A stretch of DNA of 20,000 nt from Folioceros fuciformis (Eukaryota): positions 135,412 through 155,411 of the forward strand of contig JBNGIO010006239.1 in NCBI GenBank assembly GCA_049999805.1, written 5' to 3'. Positions within the stretch are counted from its first letter, which is position 1. Every line of letters starts with the position of its first letter. Both the position numbers and the translations under genes were made by a program. Under the pieces are notes generated by a model that searched no databases, had not been told where the DNA came from, and was given only the letters and a program-made list of their open reading frames with translations. Positions 1-11,297 of the stretch are shown piece after piece.

Positions 1-2130
1 GAGCCCGAGAAGACTATGAGTCCGAGCGAAGGGCTCTTAGTGGTTAGGCGTGTTGCTTTTGTACGAGGGAGGTCTAAAGATTCCTCAACCCTTTTCTAGA
101 AAGGGAGGTGAAAGAGATGGAGTCTCAACATCTGAAATAAAATCTTCAAGAATTGGGGAATCTTGGAGTAGAAATGATGAGACCAAAATTGGAGTTCAGA
201 GAGCCGAGCTACTAACGAAGGTAGGGTAGAGGTCTCTATGGCCAAAAGGCTAGCACCTCATAGACGATTGGCAAGGAAGCTTGCTTTCGAGCTAAATCAC
301 CGATGACACACTTGAAGGTGCTGGGACCTATGATGTCCCTAAGCACTTGCATAACTTGATTGTTGAACTTTGTACGACTTGATAATAAAGCTAGAGAAGG
401 TGCAACAATTATGTTGAGGTAACATGGTTGTCATGCAAAGCAAGAAGAAAAAATATCAAATGCCTGAGAATCACCGATCAGTAAGAGGTCCAGCATATGA
501 GCCAAATCTTCATCCAAAGCTGCAGTCACAAACTTGTAAACAAAATCAGCAGGTCCTATAGAAACCTCCAAGACTTAAAGTCCCTAGAAGAAGGCAAATA
601 TGAGTGTCATCAGCCACGGATGGAAAAAGCAATTCCAAAATGCCAAGGCAATAGAAGACAACACTTGAAAATGCACCATGGCAAAAAGAGCACCTTCTCG
701 CAAATAACCTTGCCTTGTGTTTGTTACTAAATAAAAAAACTGAGACGCTTTCAATGGCATGGTCATATTGGTAGTAGAGCTTGGATAGTGAGCCGCAGAA
801 GAAGTAAACAAATGTGATGAGACAAGCCAATTAGCTTCCTACACTCTTGAGCTTCGAGAAGGCAACTCTAGAAATGATGTTCATACCATTCTCAATATCA
901 ATTTGCAAAGCCACCCAAGTAAGGATGTGACCCGAGGGGCGGCCTAGAGACTGAGGGTAGTAGATTCGCACCCTTTTAGGATAGCAATTCCAAATTGTTA
1001 CAGAATGGTTAATCTACCCGTATCCCTATATGTAATCTAGTTATCGTCTAGAGGGTTAGGTCACTACGAAAGGGTGTACCTCTTCATGAACGGACGCCCT
1101 GCACCACCTTAAAACACACTTTGAGTACCTTTTGTTTAACTAATTATCGAACAACATATCTTGCGTAGCATCATGGGTTAGATGCATGCTTCACAATCCT
1201 ACTACTAGGATTTTCTCACAAATTGATGGGGTGCAAGTTGTGCTTGGATGTGCTTAAGAAGTTGGATCGCAATGCTTCGGCTCATGAGGTATAAAAACAC
1301 CTCCTCCTTAGCAATAGTGCACACTCTTAAGGTGGGTTTTTCCAACGCTAGCAACCTATTAGCCTCCAAAGCTTGAGAGTTTTGGTTAGAAATCTCACTT
1401 GTGACCACGGTAATTGCTGACATAAAAAGCTTTGAAAAACCACTTGAAGGAAACTCAGGCGAAAAAGGATCTAAAAATTGATAATAAACTACGCCAAACA
1501 AACCCCTTGAAGAAAGCTACATGACATTAGAGAGAGCACAACCAAAAACCCCTCAATCCAAGCAAGAAGGCTCCTTGATCAAGAAGCCTGTGGTACAATG
1601 TCATGAGGTTCTATGTGAAGCTAAAAGTGCAGCAATGGTGTCCCCACTTGTAGATGCTACCGATTTGGGCACAGTGCTATAGTAGTCTAAGCATATTCAC
1701 CATCCTTGCCCAACATAAGATATTGCTTGAGTTGCACATTAAATGGGTCATGACAGACCTTATCAACCTTAGCAGTCTCAATCGAGATTTTTCCGCTAGT
1801 AGATCCTTCTTCTGAAGAGCTTGCTAATCTCCAAATCGAAAATGGTGAAGTCAAGAGGCCACCTCACTATGTCCTAAAGGACCACCCCTAGAGCCCCGAA
1901 GGCACTACGTTAGGAGAAATAGAAACAAAGTCTAGGTGTTCTTATCCCTTGGGTCTCGAGCAAGGCAATCTAAGAAAAGACGATAAGCAAGGTAAACATC
2001 ATTCTGTAGGTGCCTAAGAAGACGTCGTAAGATTCGCAGTTGGCTCAGAAGAAGAAGCAAGTTGCACTTGTGTCACTGAAGTGCTCATATCGAAGTGCTT
2101 ATGAGCAATGTGGCATTTCACCCTCTTCAC
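1..2130 (-). mobile_element. Decayed CRE-like (RLE-clade) non-LTR retrotransposon, copy A, carrying N-terminal region, RT core and thumb; continues beyond the left window edge
   Basis: Frameshifted or stop-interrupted minus-strand translation gives collinear non-LTR RT motifs: 'LEANRLLALEKPTLRVCTIAKEEVFLYLMSR...LAPHQF' (1205-1501 ORF), 'WVALQIDIENGMNIISR' (~865-918), 'TRQGYLREGALFAMVHF' (584-811 ORF), 'FPSVADDTHI' (catalytic xADD, 546-830 ORF), then 'DEDLAHMLDL...SSCFA*QP'. The reverse complement of ~10-450 aligns by eye with 15035-15470 (e.g. attgttgcaccttct, aatcaagttatgca, gacatcataggtc). The 5' boundary is approximate. Confidence 0.82.
926..1182. mobile_element. ~257-bp insertion interrupting the copy A RT; possible solo LTR or MITE-like piece
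   Basis: RT homology stops near 1183 (CEACI) and resumes near 925 (HP/xWVALQ). The segment ends TGTGACCC...GGGTTAGA form an imperfect terminal inverted repeat of TG...CA LTR style. No TSD found. Confidence 0.35.
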
Positions 2131-2169
2131 CATGGATTAAAGTTGAGAACATAATATATAAAGAGTGTT

Positions 2170-2895
2170 TTTGAAAAAATTATGAAAAATTACTATCATA
2201 GAAAAAATGATAGCCGATGAAGAAGAAAAACATAAAGAAAATATAAGAACCCTGCCAAAAATACTTATAATAATAATACTAAAATATGTGAATAAATCCC
2301 AAAAAATCTTGTCACTATTTTCAAGAAATCAAAGGTTAGGATTGATAGTAATGAAGTTCCATAAATGTATAAAACCAAAACACAACTAGTACTCCTCGTT
2401 GTAATCCAAAACACTTGATTCATTCATGACGATCCACTCTCTGCCATTCTACAAAGACCTAATTGTGCAACTGCACAAAAATACAGAAGAAAATCATAAG
2501 AAATCAAACTTACATGACAAAAACTACCATCGTAGAAAAACTTACAATCTTCATCTGCCATTCTACAAAAACCTAATTGTGCAACTGCACAAAAATACAG
2601 AAAGCTACAAGAAATCAAACTCACATGAAAAAAATTACCATTGTAGAAAAACTTATAATCAATGAAGATGAAAAAAAAAAACTTTTAGAAATTCTTGTAG
2701 CAAGTATAGGAACCTTGCAAAAAATATTGATAATACTAATAATAATACTAATAATACTAATCATATTAAAAAAATCCTCAAAAAATCTTTATCACCTTGG
2801 AATAATTTAAACCTTGGGATCGATAAGTAAGTAAGCTCCAAAAATATCAAAAGCCAAAACATAAGTGGTATTCTTTGCTCGTTGTAATCTGAAAT
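2170..2895. repeat. Composite A-rich duplicated region: ~115-bp tandem pair (ctgccattctacaaa at 2441 and 2556) plus a diverged ~250-bp duplication (~2180-2410 vs ~2625-2895)
   Basis: Direct repeats are visible in the sequence and in the repeated peptide LPFYKxLIVQLHKNTE of the spurious ORF 2426-2665. Confidence 0.8.
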
Positions 2896-2959
2896 CCTAT
2901 GTTTTATTTTGTACACTCCACTCTACGCTATTTTGTTTCGTTGTGTTGCTAAAACATTC

Positions 2960-3790
2960 CTACACCACTCTATTGTGTTATTCCTATGTCACGCATATGC
3001 CCACTCCTACACTGTTTAACCATATAGCTCTTAGCTACATCACGCTTATGCCCACTCCTACACTATTTAACCATATCGCTCTTACATCTCTCAATTGCAA
3101 AGGCCTTCTACATTGTTGAATCATTTCGCTCTTCCACTACACAATCATATCTCCTACATTGCTTATTCCACTCGTATCACCCCTACATCACTTCTACGCC
3201 CATCACTTTTACACCACTCATACACCTATCATCCCTACATCACTCCTACGCTCATCACTTTTACACTTCTCATACACCTATCACTCCACACACCTCTCTA
3301 TGTGCCCATTACTGCACACCACACAATTATACAACCCCTATATCACTAATACCACTCACACTCACTGCTCGTACCACCCCTACATCACCCCATACCACTT
3401 GTACATCCATTGCTCCACACCACTCTCTATCTACCCACCCATTACTACATACCACTCGTGCTCTCTATGTACCCATTACTCCATACTGCTCCTACACCCA
3501 TCAATCCTCTCTACGTACCCATTACTCCATACTGCTCCTACACCATCAATCCATACTACGCTCTGTACACTCATCTCTCCACACCGCTCTCTACATATAT
3601 TGTTCCACACGACTCTCTACACATATTGTTCCACACCACTCTCTACATATATTGGTTCNNNNNNNNNNCACCACTCTCTACATATATTGGTTCCACACCA
3701 CTCTCTACACATATTATTCCACACCACTCTCTACATATATTGTTCCACACTACTCTCTACACATATTGTTCCATTTGGTTGATCACTCCA
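2960..3790. repeat. C/A/T-rich minisatellite; degenerate on the left (includes a 51-bp pair at 2990/3041) and resolving into a 26-bp unit TTCCACACCACTCTCTACATATATTG at ~3575-3775
   Basis: gttccacac recurs at 3602, 3628 and onward. Contains a 10-N gap at 3659-3668. Confidence 0.9.
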
Positions 3791-3859
3791 CACGGTTCTA
3801 TTTGGTTGAGTTGTATGATATTTGTTTAGGATGCGAAAGGTTAACTTCAACTCTCACAA

Positions 3860-4740
3860 GTAGTACTATTATTTCTATCTATCTACTATGATACTAATAC
3901 TACTTCTATCAATTATATGAGTAGTATTTCCTTTGTACTTGCTATGGTAGTAGTATTATCTCTATTAGTTATTGATATTGAGAATAGTATTCCCTTTCTA
4001 CCTGCTATAGTAGTAGTACTAGCTCTATATAGAGTAGAGTAGTATTTGTGGGGAATAGTATAATACGAGAGTAGAGTAGTACTCATGGGGTATAGTAGTA
4101 GTACTATTTCTATAATTATGACAATAGAGTAGTGTGGGATATAGTAGTAATACTATCTTTATAAGCCATGAGAGTCGAGTAGTATTCGTGGGTACAATAG
4201 TAGTACTATCTCTATAAGTTATGAGAGTAGAGTAGTACTTATGGGCTACACTAGTAGTAGTAGTATTTGTGGGTACAATAGTAGTACTATCTCTATAAGT
4301 TATGAGAGTAGAGTAGTACTTATGGGCTATAGTAGTAGTACTATCTCTATAAGTTATGAGAGTAGAGTAGTATTTGTGGGGTATAGTAGTAGTACTATAC
4401 CTATAAGCTATGAGAGTAGAGTAGTATTCCTAGGGTACTAATAATAGTACTATCTTTATAAGTTATGAGAGTAGGGTAGTATTTAGGGGGTATAGTAGTA
4501 GTACTATGTCTATAAGATATGAGAAGAGTAGGGTAGTATTTATGGGGTATAGTAGTAGTACTATCTCTATAAGATATGAGAGTAGAGTAGGGTAGTATTT
4601 GTGGGGTATAGTAGTAGTACTATACCTATAAGATATGAGAGTAGAGTAGTATTCGTGAGGTACAATAATAATACTCTCTCTATAAGTTATGATAGAGAGT
4701 AGAGTACTATTAATAGAGAGTAAAGTAGTATTCGTGGGGT
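3860..4740. repeat. 54-bp minisatellite (AGTAGTAGTACTATCTCTATAAGTTATGAGAGTAGAGTAGTATTTGTGGGGTAT-like)
   Basis: actatctctataag at 4286 and 4340 gives a period of 54. There are many degenerate copies. Confidence 0.92.
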
Positions 4741-6585
4741 TAATCGTCTTTCGACTTTGACTTTAAGACCTTTGGGTTTTTCTTAAGACCTTTGGATTTT
4801 TCTTGTCTCCTTATCTTTGGTGTTCAGTCCAGAAGCCAGGATATCCGTGGCTTCAAACGTAACTGCTTGCACGGATACGAGGACCACAGCTGGCAGCCAG
4901 GACGGTAGGACCTGTAACGCTGTTTGAAGCACAAGCCTTTGCGGGACCCCTTTAGCCGGGCTCTTCTCATCTCGTGTGCTATATGGTAGGGTCCAGAAGA
5001 TGCTGGTGCTCCTGGTGAGGACCAGCGTGGGGAAAATTGTCCCCACCCATGCTCCAGTATCCTAAGGAGCTCAAGACGGTGCTGTGACTGTCCAAGCACC
5101 GCCATGAATCACTGGGAGGGCTGAGGGTCTCTGCATGCGAAGATATCACAGCCAGCGTGGAAGGCACTCACACATAGCAGAGTCATGATCCCACGACAGA
5201 ACAGCTCAAGACACCAGAACTCCCTCTCTGGACATATCCTTGTGACGTCTCTGACGAGAACCGCCTTCGGCCCTACAGCCGAGGCCCCAAACCCGGGCCG
5301 CGTGACAAAAGTTGACACAAGTGTCTTGTCCAGGGTACAAACCCGAGACTGTAGCCTTCGGGATTGGATGTTGCGTTGTCGCGATGTTCCGTACTAGAGC
5401 ACGCTCCACCATGGACAGAATGTTTGGCGACTCTTGATGTCGAGTCCAGGACGACAGGGAGGACGTCGTTGCGTGAGCCTGGACAAGCTTCCTGTCACGG
5501 TGATCCAGGTCGGACGAAATGGCAACTCGAAACGCGCTAAAACCTTACGACAAAGAGACCAGCACGCCACTCGGGTTAGACGTCGTACCATCCTCATTGG
5601 TCCGAAAGCCAAAGCCTGACCGCATCTTCATACAGTGGTGTTCTTTTGTTCTTCCTACACAGGATGAGGGAAGGAAAAAGGAAAAAAAAACATGATTCCG
5701 GACCGACTTGCCTTTGTTGTGGAGGTACGACTATGTCGCTCTGCCGCCTTGCCTTGAACCGAGGAAACGATAGCCGTTTCCGAAGCCTTCCGGACACCTC
5801 CTTTCCATATGCTGCAGCCCCCCGTCTCTCTTGCTTACGGGAGCGTTCCATGCTCCATTCTGCGAGCTGCTTCTGCGAAAAGAAACCAGTGCTTGGCCTG
5901 CGTGCCCACAAACGCACCTGAGTGACATGGCGACCGGTAGCATGAAGGCAATCGCACCTCCTGTGAGTCCTGCAGGGTCAGGCCGTGCGCATGGAGACTG
6001 CGTCTGTGCAAACAGGGTGTGGGAGCATGGCATTGCGGGTTCACAATGAAGAGGGATTTGCAATGGTGTAGTCCACACATTGCGATTCTCGAGGATTTGG
6101 CGGCGATGTTGGAGCATACTGTAATATCGTGGCTCATAATCACCCGAAGATGGGAATGAGCTCCAGAACGGCAAATCACACCCATGACATGTCTTCGGAG
6201 CACTGGTACTGCAACAAGCAGCACCATGAGATGACACAGCGCTGCGAAAACCGTTGAGCGGTCCGCAGCTCTTGCAAATGCAGAACTTCACCGTAATCAA
6301 TGTTTTACAGGAGACCACACTCCTAGCACTTCAACGAATTAGGTAGCCGGTAGCTATGGTCCACGGATCCACGCCAAACACGTTTCTTCTTTTCTTTCTT
6401 TTCTCAACTACCATTCAATCTATCACGTACTGTGTACTGGCAAAGTAGGTATGTACTTTGTACTAGCATTCAAATGCCTTGGAACCATATATGTTGAAAG
6501 AATATCAAAACTAACATCCTCCATAGGTGAAAGCTCTTATCTATGTTTCCTTCTGTGGTGCAGCAATATTTGGTTGTACGGGGCC

Positions 6586-6735
6586 CTAGTGGTGGGAGGT
6601 GGTCTACTAGTCATAATGTTGAAGGTGAAGGTCAAATGATTAGAAGCAATAGTTGTCTTTCTAGTGGTCGGAGGTTGCCTACTAGTCATAACGTTGAAGG
6701 TGAAGGCCAAATGATTAGAAGCAATAGTTGTCTTT
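6586..6735. repeat. 75-bp tandem duplication
   Basis: ctagtggt...gcaatagttgtcttt occurs at 6586-6660 and 6661-6735. Confidence 0.9.
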
Positions 6736-6789
6736 CTATTATTGAAAAAGATATGGAGTTATTTATTAGTAGTCGTTTGTCTAGTGTGC

Positions 6790-7260
6790 TAGAATTAGAA
6801 GTGGTTTGTCTTTATGCAAGGATTACAAGTGGAAGTCGTTTGTCCGGTATGCAAGGATTAGAAGTGGTTTGTCTTTATGCAGGGATTAGAAGTGGAAGTT
6901 GTTTGCCTTTCATGCAAGTAGTTTGTCTGGTATGCAAGGATTAGAAGTAGTAGAAGTGGTTTGTCTGATATGCAAGGNNNNNNNNNNAGAAGTGGTTTGT
7001 CTGGTATGCAAGGATTAGAAGTGGTAGAAGTGGTAGAAGTGGTTTATCCAGTATGCAAAGATTAGAAGTGGTTTGTCTGATATGCAAGGAGTAGAAGTGG
7101 TTTGTCTTTCATGCAAGGAGTAGAAGTGGTTTGTCTTCCATGCAAGGATTAGAAGTGGTCTATCTTCCATTCAAGGATTAAAAGAGACTTGTCTTCCATA
7201 CAAGGATAAGAAGTGGTATGTCTTCCATTCAAGGATTAAAAGTCATCTATCTTCGATTCA
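6790..7260. repeat. 29-bp minisatellite (AGAAGTGGTTTGTCTGGTATGCAAGGATT-like)
   Basis: atgcaagga at 7082, 7111 and 7140 gives a period of 29. Contains a 10-N gap at 6978-6987. Confidence 0.92.
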
Positions 7261-7960
7261 TGGAGAAACATAAATAGAATGCAGCTTTGAAGTCTAGCAT
7301 GCAAATAGAACTAAACCTTGAAGGATGAATTTTGCTGGGGTGCCTCCCATTCTCATGTTATACATCATGCCCAAGGCTTTGTAGTACAAATTCCTTGTAT
7401 TGGATCAAAACAAAACCTTTAATATTTATAATTATAAACATATTATTAACAGTAATGTAACAATAATATTAGTACAATAATAATTAGTGTAAAATGATAC
7501 TATAATAATATATAATAATAATATAATGAGTCCACTAGTTGGGATTTGAAAAAAAGTTTCAACCCATCAAAATAACTAATAGTACAACATATCTATGCAG
7601 TTTGCAATGTTGTACTTAAGAAATAGAATGAATGTCCGAACATATACAACCTACCACCAATAGTACACAAACAGTTGCCTGTTCAACAACAAGACCATAA
7701 TGGTTGGGTTAGACACTGCCAGCTATAGTAGTCTACACGCCAAGAGCTTGCGCCCTGGGCAGTTATCAAAGGCTTCTGGGTTCGTATGCTGGAGTTGCCC
7801 TGTAGGTTCAGTAGAAGGGTACAAGCAGACTTGTCTATTGTACAACACCTTCGGAAGCCCTTCCACGTGTCAGATTATCTATTACTGGGCAATGCAATGT
7901 CACCAGAACGAAGTCCTCTTCCGGTGATAGTCCTAGTACCTTGCATGGGAAAAGATGTCA

Positions 7961-10612
7961 TCACATTCGTGAAATTTGCAAAGGTATTGATTCGTTTGCA
8001 ACATCTTCTGCCATGACAGGCCGGAAGAGCTCCAGTTCTCTGTGGTGTTCTGCAAATCGCCTCCGGCAGTCCTCAGCAGCCATCACCCCTGTTGAGAACG
8101 CACCATGCACTGTGCCAGGAAAAATCCGACTGGTTGCTTCTCCTGCAAAGAAGAGGTTTTCTACAGGTGCACGAAGTCTGTCATACAAATCATGGGGCTT
8201 CCCAACAGCATCATAACTGTAACACCCCAGTGAACTCGTATCGGAGCCCCAATGCGACACAAGATAGCGTATCTGTGAAATACCCAACAGTCTGGTGTGA
8301 GCTCAGATACAAACCATCGCCGAATACGACCAGATTCGACTACTCGGATCAAAAAACTTACAGGCTCAGACGCATCAGGTAAAATTTTCTTCAGTTGCAA
8401 CACTGCAAAGCTCGCCGCAGCCTCATCTGAAAGTTTCTCAATGTCGTTTGCCAAACGCCCAGCTGGCATGTACACAAGGACAGGATGCCCTGTGGCCTTA
8501 TGAAGATTCAGGAAGTAGCTGCACCCATATGAAGTGGGGGCAACCACTCCAAGAAACTCCACATTCGGCCAGCAAACAGTCTCAAAGTACAGAGCTATCT
8601 TATTTTCATTCCCAACTCCCAAGTCCTCAATCGCTGACTGTTTCCAATCAGGTAATCGGGGTTCAAATTGTATGATGTTTGCTTTAAGAACACCCAGGGG
8701 AACAGCGATCACTGCTGCATCAGCGTCAAACACTTTGCCATCCTCGGTGATGGCCCGCACACCATGATGTCGGTACACTACCTTAGATATCCTGTTCCAA
8801 CAACAAGGAAAACCATTATTGCAGAATTCAGAGCAGCAACGACAAGAGAAACATAATTCAACATGGTAGGGCTGCCAAGTATGTCTAAGCCAGCTAAAGT
8901 ACCTGTGATTGAGTCGGACATCAAGGCCATCAGACAAAGCTTTTACAACTGGCGAATAGCCCAACACCATCAGGCCATGGCCACCCTCCAGCAGTTCTTC
9001 CTAAAAGGTTCAACAAATGGTTGATCAGAGAAACGTTCAACAAAATATCATGACACATGGCCCCCGACACTGGATAAATACAAAAGAGTGGCTATCTGTA
9101 CCTCATCCCAACTCTGGACAGAAATCCTGTCGGCATCAGCTGCAAACCAGCCCTCCATCCGACACAAATACCACTGCATGACCTTGAAGGCGAGGCCCTC
9201 CTGCCTGCACCTAAGAACAGAGACATCAGTCTCTGACAAAAACATGGTTTAAAACATGAAGTTCAGCGAGAACTACGGCGAGACTCTCCTCTCGCATGAA
9301 CTACAAGATCCAGACAAACTGGTACGCACCTCAAGTCTGGGCGCTTCTTTAGCACTATGTCAAATGCTTCCATAACAGACATGTCGACAGGAAAATCTTC
9401 TCGTATTCTCTTTGTCTGTTGGTCAGACAAGAGGACGAGGATGTGAAAACACAACTCAAGCAACCAGATCAACTTACAAGAACCAGGCTCCATATCGCCT
9501 GAAACAAAATTGAGAGAGAGGGCTTGGAGAGAGAAAAAGAAATGCTAACTAAGAGGCATGGAAGGAGGGTGTGTAGACTACACCGCCATCAGAATATTAC
9601 CTCTTCTAAAAGGGATTCGAAAGCTACTCCGACTTCAGCCACCAGCTTTTGAGGGACCTGATGGCCATCCATGTCAAAAAGTGCATAACTGCACGCACAA
9701 TCCAAACACGATTAAGCTGGAATCAAGCCAGGCATACACGGCGTGGCACATCCACACCCTAACCCAGATAAGGAGGCGTTTAGAACCGAACAGTGAGTAC
9801 CTTTCAAGATCATGATCGTAGAGGACAGAGTTGTCTCCGCTTGTTCGATACATAGGTAACTTCAGCTTGGAAACAATGGATGCCAAAGGGTTGGCTGTAC
9901 ATACACCATGGAGCCTGCAACAAAGAAGAGCGTCGGCAAGATAAGGTGAGTCCAATTACTAGTGGCCCTTTGAGCTGCGGACGGGGGTGGGGGGTTGGGG
10001 GAGGGGAGCAATATCTCACCAAGATGCACCCATGTCGATAGGGAAACCGAAGGTATAGTCAGTATATACACGACCGCCAACGCGATCCCGAGATTCTAAG
10101 ACGGTGACCTACATCGTCCAGCCAAAAGACGAGTGAGTCCAAACCGATAGACAGCGCCATTCCTGCAATGACACACGGCAGGGGCTGGTAGGTGCCGGCA
10201 GGCGTGAAGTTACCTTAAAAGAGGCGTTTTGTAGCTCACGAGCCGCAGCCAGGCCCGCCATCCCCCCTCCTATTACAAGTACAGAGAGACAAGAGTCCGC
10301 CCCCAACATCAAAGAGCAAGGAGCTGCACACTACAAAATTTTCGTTAGCAGTGAGACGAGAGGCCGCGGGCAATGAGGCCGGAGCGGCGGATCGACGCAG
10401 CCCCGGACGCAGCAACATAGGGCAACGACAGAGAGGGAGGAATTGCAGAATGCAGAGACGGCAAGAAAACGAAGTGAAAATCCCGTTGGCTGCTGGTGTA
10501 GCAGAAGCATTGGGCATTCGAGCACGCGGAAGTGAGCGGCATTAGCAGGAATTGAGAGAGCGTAAGGAATGGGAAACATACCAGGGTCCAAGCAGCGATC
10601 CGTGGGCGCCAT
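7961..10612 (-). CDS. PAO2: Polyamine oxidase, peroxisomal PAO2/PAO3/PAO4 clade (FAD-dependent amine oxidase), 10 coding exons, 486 aa
   Basis: Exons (minus strand): 10612-10582, 10323-10214, 10108-10020, 9914-9801, 9688-9601, 9415-9330, 9204-9102, 9000-8903, 8791-8362, 8272-7961. All introns are GT-AG with consistent phases, total 1461 nt. Motifs: [15 protein letters not shown] (FAD-binding GxG), [80 protein letters not shown], and C-terminal PLQISRM (PTS1). Exon 1 ([10 protein letters not shown], donor G|GTATGT) is less certain than exons 2-10. The exact PAO2/3/4 orthology is not resolvable here. Confidence 0.95.
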
Positions 10613-10887
10613 GTGTGCCGGACTTGAAGTCCTCCAGCGGTGATTCTTGACCGGCGTGGAGAAGCCCGGCGGTGGCAGGGCGCAGCAAGGAAGGGAGATA
10701 AGGAGGAAGAGGAAGCGGGAGTAGTGGAGCGCGAGGGAGGAAGAAGTAGCGTCCTCACTCCAGAAGCATGCACTAAGCACCACGTCCCGAGGCAAAAAGC
10801 GAGCGCCGAGAATTGGCAAACAAGGGCGAGAGACACGGTGGTGGGGCGTGCAGGAATTATGTTTCAAGCAGCCGGCCCGTGGCAGGA

Positions 10888-10989
10888 TCAGACAATCCTG
10901 AGGCGGAAGCACTTGGCGGAACAGGAAGTGCACGTGTGGGGCAGAAGGCGCGGCCGCGGAAGCAGTTTCATCCAGACTAAGTCACACAT
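10888..10989 (-). CDS. Candidate upstream ORF in the PAO leader, 33 aa: MCDLVWMKLLPRPRLLPHTCTSCSAKCFRLRIV
   Basis: ATG 10989-10987 to TGA 10890-10888, lying between the putative TATA box and the PAO ATG. Arabidopsis PAO2/PAO3 are known to carry conserved-peptide uORFs. Whether this segment is exonic is unknown. Confidence 0.4.
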   Translation of the reverse strand: MCDLVWMKLLPRPRLLPHTCTSCSAKCFRLRIV

Positions 10990-11040
10990 CCACGCGAGGC
11001 GGAGGAAAGGAAGAGTCAATCTCAAATTTCCAATTGCTAG

Positions 11041-11085
11041 CGGAGCCGGAGCCGGAGCCGGAGCAGCAGCAGCAGCAGCAGCAGG
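11041..11085. repeat. Compound microsatellite (GGAGCC)3 + (GCA)n in the PAO 5' region
   Basis: cggagccggagccggagccggagcagcagcagcagcagcagcagg read directly from the sequence. Confidence 0.9.
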
Positions 11086-11267
11086 AGGCGACTTAGCGCG
11101 GGCCGAGGACAGAGTCTATGTCCTGTCCCACTGTCAAGCACAACACGCAGCGCAGAAGCGCGTCAAGGCAAAGGAGACAGAAGAAAGCAACAAAAACCAT
11201 CAAAGGCATTAAAAGGCCGCGTACCTGTAGCGCAGGCCCGTGCTAGCAACGAGCCCGCAAGAAAGCG

Positions 11268-11297
11268 CAATAGCAGTAGCAGTAGCAGTAGCAGCAG
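11268..11297. repeat. (GCAGTA)n microsatellite in the PAO 5' region
   Basis: caatagcagtagcagtagcagtagcagcagg read directly from the sequence. Confidence 0.85.

Noticed and set aside
2865..4441. His/Thr/Tyr/Ser-rich ORFs (e.g. 3159-3782, 207 aa; 4241-4441)
   Set aside because: These are translations of minisatellites, open only because of skewed base composition.
4750..4800. Resemblance of ttgactttaagaccttt to tasiARF (TAS3)
   Set aside because: The match is only partial and gapped, no convincing miR390 site flanks it, and a local 20-bp duplication explains it.
5594..5917. RKRLSFP motif suggesting an IQD/DUF4005 protein
   Set aside because: It is a single short motif with no IQ domain or other supporting exons, and the ORF has a non-ATG start.
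8161..8970. 269-aa ORF as a standalone gene
   Set aside because: It is PAO exons 8-9 read through an in-frame intron and running into intron 9. The spliced model explains it.
10236..10517. ATG 10517 (MPNASATP) as the PAO start
   Set aside because: It is out of frame with exon 2 and no credible splice donor follows. ATG 10612 with G|GTATGT fits the phase.
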